DNA of 64,000 nt from an uncultured Bacteroidales bacterium (lineage in GTDB: Bacteria; Bacteroidota; Bacteroidia; Bacteroidales; UBA10428). A program made the translations under genes and the position numbers. This document shows, piece after piece, positions 19,687 to 27,475 of the stretch (the stretch's first letter is position 1; each line of letters begins with the position of its first letter). The stretch is from assembly GCA_964456825.1 (NCBI GenBank), contig CAYWCR010000002.1, positions 30,411 through 94,410 of the forward strand. Direction: 5' to 3'. The notes under the pieces are model-generated. The model was not told the origin of the DNA and searched no databases. It was given only the letters and a program-made list of their open reading frames with translations.

Positions 19687-20733
19687 ATGGTTAGGATGGT
19701 TCAAAACAATGGCATAAGGTTTTTTCGTTGGTTATATTCCTTACAAGTGTTGGTAATTTTTTTCCTCCCTCCTGGGCATGCTCAGGATATACACTTTTCC
19801 ATATTCAATGCCTGTCCTCTTTACCTAAATCCGGCACAGACCGGTAATTTCAACGGGGACTGGCGGGTAGCCGCCAACTACAGGAACCAATGGAATGCAC
19901 TTTCAGTCCCCTTCAGCACAGCGGCCGTTTCGTTTGACAGCAAATTCTATTTGCTTCATCAGGATTTCAGTGCCGGTATACTGTTTATCAATGATGAATC
20001 GGGATCAGTCGCTTTATCCATAAACAAACTATACGGATCTTTGGGGTTCAGAAAGGTGATCAATCACAACGTATTCCATTTGGGGATACAGCTAGGCTAT
20101 GTCTTTAAATCACTTGATCTGAATAAGGTAACCCTGCCCAACCAGTACAATCCGCTTACGGGAACCTTTGACAGCCAGCTACCGGGTAATGAACTCAACA
20201 TGGGAGAAAGGCTTTCAAACCTTGATTTCAATGCCGGCATACTATGGAAAAAGAAGATCAGGATCCTGGAACCTGAATTAGGTTTATCCCTTTCTCATCT
20301 GAACAATCCAAAAGAATCGTTCTTTGACGATAGTCAGCGTCTGCCTGTCAGAAGCACGCTGTATGCACGGCTGAAAGCCGACCTGAGTGATGAATTCTAT
20401 GTACAGCCTGCCCTATTGTTCATGAATCATAAGGGTTCCAAAGAAACCATCGCAGGGGTCAATGCAGGACTCAATGTTTTTGGGAAGCAATCCACCGTAA
20501 AGGAATTGCTGGCCGGAGTTTACCTCCGCAACGGATTCCTCAGCAGTTCGGATGCGCTGGCCATTCTGGCCGGTGCAACCATCGGAAGGATCGACCTGGC
20601 CATCTGTTACGACATCACCATATCGGGGCTTAAAACAGCCACACATAATAACGGTGCTTTTGAGATCACCCTGCAATATAAAAGTATCAGTACAGTCCTG
20701 AACAGTTATTCCATACCCTGTGAGAGATTTTAA
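19687..20733 (+). CDS. PorP/SprF family type IX secretion system membrane protein
   Basis: 348 aa. Signature N-terminus AQDIHFSIFNACPLYLNPAQTG after the signal peptide, with beta-barrel-like composition. Confidence 0.8.
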   Translation: MVRMVQNNGIRFFRWLYSLQVLVIFFLPPGHAQDIHFSIFNACPLYLNPAQTGNFNGDWRVAANYRNQWNALSVPFSTAAVSFDSKFYLLHQDFSAGILFINDESGSVALSINKLYGSLGFRKVINHNVFHLGIQLGYVFKSLDLNKVTLPNQYNPLTGTFDSQLPGNELNMGERLSNLDFNAGILWKKKIRILEPELGLSLSHLNNPKESFFDDSQRLPVRSTLYARLKADLSDEFYVQPALLFMNHKGSKETIAGVNAGLNVFGKQSTVKELLAGVYLRNGFLSSSDALAILAGATIGRIDLAICYDITISGLKTATHNNGAFEITLQYKSISTVLNSYSIPCERF

Positions 20734-22837
20734 ATTAATAACAGGTTTGTTGCTGCTTGCTGTTCTTCCTTTCGGCAGGGGAACCGCACAGATGACCAAT
20801 ATCGATGAACTTTCAGCCGGACAGCTGCTGAAATTCGGCAAAAATGCATCCCGCAAAGGAGATGTATACACTGCTATTTTCTTTTATGAAAAGTACTATG
20901 CAATCCGGAACAGCAATACAAAAGTGAATTATACGCTGGCGGAGCTGCAACGTAAAGCAAGAAATTACGAAAAGGCCAAAGAGCTCTACCGGCAAGTGTA
21001 TAAAAAAGCAAAGGGCAAGTATCCCTTGGCGCAATATTATTATGCCTCGATGTTGAAATCAACGGGCAATTATGATGAGGCCATCAGTGAATTCAACAAA
21101 TTCAGGCGCGGTATAAAAGGCGATAAAGAAGAAAAAGAATACAGCCGCATTGTCAAAATGGACATTGAAGGATGTGATTCAGCCAAAGGGATCATTGCAA
21201 ATCCGGTCAATGTTACCATTGAAAGCCTGAATTCTACTGTTAACGGGCCCCATATCGAGCTTTCCCCGGTCCCCGTCAATGATACCCTTTTCTTATATGC
21301 CTCCCTGCGTATTGATTCTCTGGTATATTTTACCGAGGAAAATGCCGATACCGGGATACCGGTACGCCAGTATTACATGGCCATCAGGAAAGGCTTTGAC
21401 TGGCAGGGGGGGACTTTGCTTCCGGAGCCAATCAATTTGCCCGGCGTTGAAACCTGCAATGGGGTATTGTCGAGGGATGGGACAAGGTTTTATTTTACAC
21501 GTTGCGCAAAAAACTGGCAGGAAGAAACCATCTGCGGTATTTATATGAGCCAGCTCAGGAATGGTACCTGGCAGAAGCCGGTACCTCTTCCCGCGTCCAT
21601 AAATGATCCGAATTATACTACCACCCAGCCTGCACTGGGGCGCACTGCCAAATCAGACCGGGAGATCGTTTATTTCGTTTCCAACCGGCCGGAAGGAAGG
21701 GGCGGACTTGACATATGGTATACCGTGTGGGATGATAAGAAAAATGTATACAGTAAGGTCAGAAACCTGGGCAGTAAGTTGAACACCTCAGGCGATGAAA
21801 TGACGCCCTTCTATGACCTGCCTTCCCGTATCCTGTATTTCAGTTCAACAGGCCACCCGGGCATTGGCGGACTGGATATCTTTAAAGCATTTGGTGAAAG
21901 GAATAAGTGGACCCATCTGAAGAATGTCGGTTACCCCTTGAATACCAGTTATGATGATCTGTATTTCACTGTCAACAGATCCGGGGAAGAAGGATTCCTG
22001 GCCTCAAACAGGCCCGGTGCCAATTCCGTCAACAACGAGACCTGTTGTGATGATATTTACCACTACCGGTGGAATGAATATACCCGAATTACCGTGACAG
22101 GCATCATTTATCCTTTTGAAAAGGACAGGTTCGGGAGGAAAAAGGATCTTTCGAATTTCGATTTCATGAATCCCGGGGAAAATATCCGGCCCCTCGACAA
22201 TGCTATCATAGCCTTGTATATGCAGGACAAGGAAACCAATGAGTACGTCTTCATGGAACGGTATGTCACCGGGGACAACGGAATATTTTATTTTAACCTG
22301 CAGCCTGACCAGGATTACCAGTTTAAGATGGAAGGTTCTCAGTACTTTGACAGTGAAATGTATATGTCTACCGTTGGATTTACTTTTTCCGACACCATTG
22401 AGATGCCTCCCATCTGGGTGAATGTGATGACCGATAAACCTATCGTGCTGGAAAATATCTATTATGAATTTAACAGTGCCGAACTGAGTGAACGGTCGCG
22501 GAATGTGCTGGATACCACCCTGCTGGTGCTGCTGAAGGAAGCTCCGGAATTCATCGTTGAGATCGGTGCACATACGGATAGTATCGGGGAAATAGATTAC
22601 AACCGCCAGCTTTCACAACAGCGCGCCGACAATGTAGTGAGTTACCTGATCAGCAAGGGCATCTCTTCCGGCAAGCTGGTGGCAAAGGGTTATGGAGAAG
22701 AAAGTCCGGTTGCTCCCAACACCCTGCCTGACGGCTCAGACAATCCTGCCGGACGCGAGATGAACCGGCGCACCGAATTCAGGATACTCGGTACCATAGG
22801 GCAGATGGAAGAGGATGAAATCTATGATGATAATTGA
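20720..22837 (+). CDS. TPR / PD40 (TolB-like) repeat / OmpA-C peptidoglycan-binding outer-membrane protein
   Basis: GTG start overlapping the porP-like stop by 14 nt. Signal peptide. C-terminal OmpA domain NIYYEFNSAEL...HTDSIG...YNRQLSQQRA...NRRTEFRIL. Confidence 0.8.
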   Translation: MRDFKLITGLLLLAVLPFGRGTAQMTNIDELSAGQLLKFGKNASRKGDVYTAIFFYEKYYAIRNSNTKVNYTLAELQRKARNYEKAKELYRQVYKKAKGKYPLAQYYYASMLKSTGNYDEAISEFNKFRRGIKGDKEEKEYSRIVKMDIEGCDSAKGIIANPVNVTIESLNSTVNGPHIELSPVPVNDTLFLYASLRIDSLVYFTEENADTGIPVRQYYMAIRKGFDWQGGTLLPEPINLPGVETCNGVLSRDGTRFYFTRCAKNWQEETICGIYMSQLRNGTWQKPVPLPASINDPNYTTTQPALGRTAKSDREIVYFVSNRPEGRGGLDIWYTVWDDKKNVYSKVRNLGSKLNTSGDEMTPFYDLPSRILYFSSTGHPGIGGLDIFKAFGERNKWTHLKNVGYPLNTSYDDLYFTVNRSGEEGFLASNRPGANSVNNETCCDDIYHYRWNEYTRITVTGIIYPFEKDRFGRKKDLSNFDFMNPGENIRPLDNAIIALYMQDKETNEYVFMERYVTGDNGIFYFNLQPDQDYQFKMEGSQYFDSEMYMSTVGFTFSDTIEMPPIWVNVMTDKPIVLENIYYEFNSAELSERSRNVLDTTLLVLLKEAPEFIVEIGAHTDSIGEIDYNRQLSQQRADNVVSYLISKGISSGKLVAKGYGEESPVAPNTLPDGSDNPAGREMNRRTEFRILGTIGQMEEDEIYDDN

Positions 22838-22864
22838 ACACATTAACGGATAAACCATTGCAGC

Positions 22865-23704
22865 ATGAACAAAAGGCTCTTACTATATACCCTGTTTTCA
22901 TCATTTTTTTTACTACTGGTTACGCTCACTCCGGCGCAGCAATTTCCCTGCGGGACAACCGTATCAAAGGAACAACAGGATTTTGAACTTGCCCTCACAG
23001 ACAGCGTTTACCAGGTTGTTGAACTGAACCGGACCTTCCATATTGCAGTATACATAACTAAAGACAGCAATGGAGATGCCAATATAGATCAGGCTGATAT
23101 TAACACAGCCATCGGCAATTTAAACGCCGCCTTTGAGAGGATTAAAGTAAGCTTTTCGCTTCATTCCGTTTCTGATGTCAGCTATTATCATTTCGATGAG
23201 ATCCATATGGGAACTAATGAACAGGACATGATTGCACAACATTACCTGCGCAACGTGATTAACCTGTATCTTGTTCTGCATCTTTACAACAATGAGGGGC
23301 AGGAGATTTGCGGCTATACCTGTTTTCCTGGTGATTCCGCTGATGTAATCCTGATCAGCAAGGGCTGCCTGAACGGGACTTTTCTGATTGAACAGGTCGG
23401 GCATTTCTTTAACCTTTATCACACCCACGAAACAATCTTCGGGGATGAAATGGTTGACCGGACCGCATGCAAAACTACCGGGGACCGATGTTGTGATACA
23501 CCGGCTGATCCAGGCCTGACGCAGAAAGTATCATCGGATTGCCAGTATACAGGCACCCAAAAGGATGTTATGGATACTTACTATTTGCCGACCACGGCTA
23601 ATTTCATGTCATCCAGTCCCCTCGACTGCCGCTGTTATTTTTCGGATAAGCAATACCGGAGGATGATCAACTGCATGCGGAAGGTGAAAGGATATTTGTG
23701 GTAG
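22865..23704 (+). CDS. M43 (pappalysin/ulilysin/cytophagalysin)-like exported protein with non-canonical zinc-binding motif
   Basis: Signal peptide. FLIEQVGHFFNLYHTHE aligns by eye with the metzincin motif HExxHxxGxxH of M43 (e.g. HEIGHWLNLYH). Downstream CCDTPADP is also M43-like. Confidence 0.6.
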   Translation: MNKRLLLYTLFSSFFLLLVTLTPAQQFPCGTTVSKEQQDFELALTDSVYQVVELNRTFHIAVYITKDSNGDANIDQADINTAIGNLNAAFERIKVSFSLHSVSDVSYYHFDEIHMGTNEQDMIAQHYLRNVINLYLVLHLYNNEGQEICGYTCFPGDSADVILISKGCLNGTFLIEQVGHFFNLYHTHETIFGDEMVDRTACKTTGDRCCDTPADPGLTQKVSSDCQYTGTQKDVMDTYYLPTTANFMSSSPLDCRCYFSDKQYRRMINCMRKVKGYLW

Positions 23705-23729
23705 GAGTTGCGGTTGAATGCAGGTTTTA

Positions 23730-23774
23730 GTGTTTGTTGTGATTGTTGTGATTGTTGTGATTGTTTTGATTGTT
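23730..23774. repeat. Tandem 9-mer array GTGATTGTT x5 (three perfect, two variant)
   Basis: gtgtttgtt|gtgattgtt|gtgattgtt|gtgattgtt|ttgattgtt, read directly from the sequence. Confidence 0.9.
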
Positions 23775-23793
23775 GTAAGTTGGTTGCAGCTTT

Positions 23794-23835
23794 CCCTTAT
23801 CCCTTATGCCTTATCCCTTATGCCTTCCGCCTACC
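23794..23835. repeat. Tandem 7-mer array (C/G)CCTTAT x4 plus two decayed units
   Basis: cccttat|cccttat|gccttat|cccttat|gccttcc|gcctacc, read directly from the sequence. Confidence 0.85.
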
Positions 23836-23952
23836 CCCTTTTATCTTTCGTTTTTCCGGCAGAATCTGTCATTTTTTATCAAATCTTTGCTAGTTTTATC
23901 CGTTGATAACAAAAAGGTATTATCAATTTACTGGTTTTATAGCAGGAACAAG

Positions 23953-25644
23953 ATGTACAAATTATTACTGGTCACGCTGGCTTTGCTCTTTTTGCTGAAC
24001 CCGGGGAATGATCTCTCCGGGCAGGATGCGCTTATGACATTACTCGACAAAGCATTGTTAAAGATACAGGATGACTATGGCAAAAAGGAGCATCCTCCCT
24101 ATTTCATGGATATGCGCGTTCATGATATCAAGTCAAGCATGCTGCAATACTCTTCAGGAATACTGATATCAAAGCAGCAATCACAAGACCGCATTGTCAC
24201 CTCCGGAATGAGGATAGGGAATTACAAAACCGACAACACATCAGCCCCTGATGATGCATTAATGACAGAAAACCGAATTCCGGTTGATGCAGGGATATTG
24301 CCCTATGAAGATGATTCCATGGCACTTTGCCATTCCCTTGCGTGCAGCTTTGAGACAGCCTATGAACAAACGCTGCAGCAATATAAAACCTATCTGAAAA
24401 ACGAAAGTCTTTCTGATAAGAAAGAGTCCCTGCCGGCCTTTTCGGTAGAAAAACCTTCGGTATATTATGAAGAGCCTGTTGCATTTCAGCTGGATGACAA
24501 GACATTTTCCACCTGGAAAGAAGTCCTCAGGAAGGTTTCTGAAAATATCAGCAATGATACTGATATTGTTACCAGTGATATAGCGCTTTTGGTTATTGAC
24601 GAAAGGATTTATTACTTAAATTCGGAAGGAGCACGTATTGTTCAGAACCGTCCGCAATGCCAGATACAGCTGATCGTCGGAATTAAAACCAGGGATGGCG
24701 GCATGGCCCCCATGTTCAAATCCTATATCGGACGCGATCTGGCATTTTTGCCCACAGCCGAAAAACTTGAGAGAGATGTTCAGGAACTCCGGCAAACACT
24801 TAAAACCCTTAAATATGCGCCCCTGGCAGATCCCTATGCCGGTCCTGCTATTTTATCACCGGAAGCGGCCGGTGTCTTCTTTCATGAGATCTTTGGCCAC
24901 CGCATTGAGGGACAGCGGCTGAACAGCGCGTATGATAGCCAGACATTCAAAGATAAGGTTGGCAGGCAGGTCATTAATGAATCCATTACCATCATATCCG
25001 ACCCGACGCAAAAGATCTTCCATGACATTCCGCTCTTCGGAAGCTATTTATACGATGATGAAGGGATTCCCGCGCGGCCTGTCACCGTTGTGGATAAAGG
25101 CATATTAAAGGAATTCCTTATGTCGAGGATCCCGGTCAGGGGGCAAATGCAATCCAACGGGCATGGGCGGGCACAGCTTGGCGCTGCCCCGTACAGCAGG
25201 CAGTCAAACCTTTTCATACAAACAACCCGCAGCATAACGGAATCTGCTATGCGTAAGATGTTGGTGAAGGAGTGCAAAAAGCAGGGAAAATCTTACGGTT
25301 ATTATATAAAAGAGGTCTTCGGGGGTTTTACATCCACAGACCTGTTTTCCCCTCAGGTATTTAATATCCTGCCAACTGTCGTTTACAGGGTGTATGTCGA
25401 TGGCAGGCCCGACGAGCTGGTAAGGGGAGTTAGTTTTATCGGCACGCCCCTTACCGTGTTTTCAGAGATCATAGCAGCCAGTGACCAATATAAAGTTTTT
25501 AACGGCTTTTGCGGTGCCGAATCAGGGAATATTCCCGTGTCGACTATCAGCCCGGGACTGCTTATTAAAAAGCTGGAAACACAAAAAATGCCGGAAGCCA
25601 AAGTTGTTGTCCCCAAGTTGCCTTCACCGGTCACAGAAAGATAA
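23953..25644 (+). CDS. Exported TldD-like metallopeptidase (TldD/PmbA family, HExxxH-bearing subunit)
   Basis: Start taken at MYKLLLVTLALLFLLNPG (signal peptide); the ORF track opens at 23806 inside a repeat tract. Contains FFHEIFGHRIEG (HExxxH, as in TldD). Confidence 0.75.
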   Translation: MYKLLLVTLALLFLLNPGNDLSGQDALMTLLDKALLKIQDDYGKKEHPPYFMDMRVHDIKSSMLQYSSGILISKQQSQDRIVTSGMRIGNYKTDNTSAPDDALMTENRIPVDAGILPYEDDSMALCHSLACSFETAYEQTLQQYKTYLKNESLSDKKESLPAFSVEKPSVYYEEPVAFQLDDKTFSTWKEVLRKVSENISNDTDIVTSDIALLVIDERIYYLNSEGARIVQNRPQCQIQLIVGIKTRDGGMAPMFKSYIGRDLAFLPTAEKLERDVQELRQTLKTLKYAPLADPYAGPAILSPEAAGVFFHEIFGHRIEGQRLNSAYDSQTFKDKVGRQVINESITIISDPTQKIFHDIPLFGSYLYDDEGIPARPVTVVDKGILKEFLMSRIPVRGQMQSNGHGRAQLGAAPYSRQSNLFIQTTRSITESAMRKMLVKECKKQGKSYGYYIKEVFGGFTSTDLFSPQVFNILPTVVYRVYVDGRPDELVRGVSFIGTPLTVFSEIIAASDQYKVFNGFCGAESGNIPVSTISPGLLIKKLETQKMPEAKVVVPKLPSPVTER

Positions 25645-27410
25645 TGCTTAACACAGCCTTCACAAAAATGACAAAAAAGATAATGATCACTGGGTTGGCC
25701 CTATTATGTTGTCTGTTCTCCTTTAAGGCAACCGGGCAGGAAATATCGCAGGGTGAGCGTGACAGTATTTTCATAACAGCCATCCGGGATGAGCTGAAAA
25801 GAAGTTTGGCCGGACTTGAAGATGCAGAAGCCGGCAAACCTTTTTTTATCAGTTACTCCCTGCTCAACGGTGTTATGACCAATTCCGAGGCAGTTATGGG
25901 ATCCCTCACAAAATCGTCATCCGATGATGCCGGAGACTGGTATCTCAGGCTAATGATGGGGAACTATGACTGTAATGATGAAAATTTCATTGATCCCCTG
26001 GCCGGTCCGGAGAGGTCAAGCCGAATCCAGATCGCGTGTCCGGTTGAACCGGATTACTGGGGTATACGGAAAGCCTTCTGGTGGAATACCGACAACGTAT
26101 TCAGATCAGCCGTAAAAAATTATAAAAACAAGCTCCGGGCCCTGAAGGAGTTTCCCCTGGATGAAGAAACCGAAAAAATTTCTGACTATACCCGGGCCGA
26201 TCCTGTTAAGATATCCATTCCGGGCTCCATTGTTAGGATATCAAAACAGCAAACCGAAAACCTGGCAAAGGAACTTTCATCTGTTTTCAGGAATGCCGAA
26301 GGGATATACAGGTCAGAGGCATCGGTGACCGCTTTTAGTTCCACCGTTTATATGGTAAATACAGAGGGCTCGGAAGTGAGGATCCCGTTTAATCTTTGCA
26401 TGGTAAATATTATGGCTCAGGTTAAAACCGAAGAAGAAGAGATCCTCAGTGATCACCTCACTTTCTTCGCACCCCTGCTTGCTTCCCTGCCTCCGGTAGA
26501 TACCATGAAACAAGCGGCGGTCAGGCTGGGAGAATATCTGGTTCAGCTGAAAAATGCAGCGGAAAGCAGGGAAGAATATAATGGTCCCGTTCTGTTGTTT
26601 AACCAGGCTTCATCAAATGCCTTTTTATCTGGCCTTTTCGGGGGTGAGAACAACCTTATAGCCTCCCGCGAACCCCTCGTATACAATATGAAAAAAAGCA
26701 TGGTACCCAGGGAAAAGATAGCTTTTGAAACCAAAATTGAAAAGCGGATCATTTCCAGGGATCTCTCGGTGACTGCCCTGCCCAGGCTGGAACGATATGA
26801 CGGTGTTGATCTGATGGGAAGCCTGCAGGTGGATGCCGAAGGAATCATTCCACCGGAAGAGATATTGCTGGTGCAGGACGGCATACTGAAGAATCTGTTG
26901 TGCAACCGGGTTCCGACACCGAAAATAGCACACTCCAACGGTCACCATCGTATCGGTTTCAGGATGGGAGGATTTGCATTCCAGGACGCCCCCAGCGTAA
27001 TCAGCATTAGCCCGGCAATTGCTTATGACCATGCCAGGCTTGAACAACAGCTGATCAGCCTGGGCAGAGAAAAAAGTTTTGAATCTGTATACATAATCAG
27101 ACCACTGATCCTGTCCGCCAATTACAGTCCCCTCTGCTTTTACCGTCTCGACATTTCCTCAGGGGAAAAAACGCTGGTCAGGCCCCTTCAGCTCAACAGC
27201 ATCACCATGAATGACCTAAATAAGCAGATTTATGCAAGCGATAACCGTTATGTGACCAACACATTTTTTGGTTCATTTTCACAGGCCGGAGGGAGTTACA
27301 TGAACGGTGTACCGGTTTCCATGATCGTTCCGGACGCATTGCTGTTGGAAGATATCACCCTTGAGCCCGCTGCTGGCGGAATGGATATGGGCTTCCCCAT
27401 GCTGGAATAG
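25644..27410 (+). CDS. Exported PmbA/TldE-like partner protein (TldD/PmbA family, no HExxxH)
   Basis: The start overlaps the upstream stop (TAATG); an alternative start is at 25668 (MTKKIMITGLALLCCLF signal peptide). Its length and position immediately after the TldD-like gene fit a heterodimer partner. Confidence 0.65.
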   Translation: MLNTAFTKMTKKIMITGLALLCCLFSFKATGQEISQGERDSIFITAIRDELKRSLAGLEDAEAGKPFFISYSLLNGVMTNSEAVMGSLTKSSSDDAGDWYLRLMMGNYDCNDENFIDPLAGPERSSRIQIACPVEPDYWGIRKAFWWNTDNVFRSAVKNYKNKLRALKEFPLDEETEKISDYTRADPVKISIPGSIVRISKQQTENLAKELSSVFRNAEGIYRSEASVTAFSSTVYMVNTEGSEVRIPFNLCMVNIMAQVKTEEEEILSDHLTFFAPLLASLPPVDTMKQAAVRLGEYLVQLKNAAESREEYNGPVLLFNQASSNAFLSGLFGGENNLIASREPLVYNMKKSMVPREKIAFETKIEKRIISRDLSVTALPRLERYDGVDLMGSLQVDAEGIIPPEEILLVQDGILKNLLCNRVPTPKIAHSNGHHRIGFRMGGFAFQDAPSVISISPAIAYDHARLEQQLISLGREKSFESVYIIRPLILSANYSPLCFYRLDISSGEKTLVRPLQLNSITMNDLNKQIYASDNRYVTNTFFGSFSQAGGSYMNGVPVSMIVPDALLLEDITLEPAAGGMDMGFPMLE

Positions 27411-27475
27411 CCTCTCCTGTTCATCAATCTCCTCTTCATTAGTGCCAGGAACATTAAAGACGGCACAATGGTACA

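Noticed and set aside
22004-22573. 189-aa minus-strand ORF
   Set aside because: It is antisense to the OmpA-family gene, whose C-terminal OmpA domain is unambiguous in the plus frame.
23708-23906. Two overlapping ~60-aa ORFs encoding CCDCCDCCDC / VVIVVIVVIV peptides, and the 5' extension of the tldD-like ORF from 23806
   Set aside because: The repetitive peptides are a direct by-product of the 9-mer and 7-mer DNA tandem arrays. A Cys-rich RiPP-like precursor upstream of TldD/PmbA is a tempting idea, but there is no plausible start context or leader, and the same DNA reads equally well in another frame. I treat the region as noncoding. The tldD-like start is set at 23953, where a signal peptide begins.
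27411-27475. Convergent-gap hairpin GTGCC...GGCAC between the pmbA-like and GH94-like genes
   Set aside because: The stem is 5 bp with a 15-nt loop, which is not distinguishable from chance.
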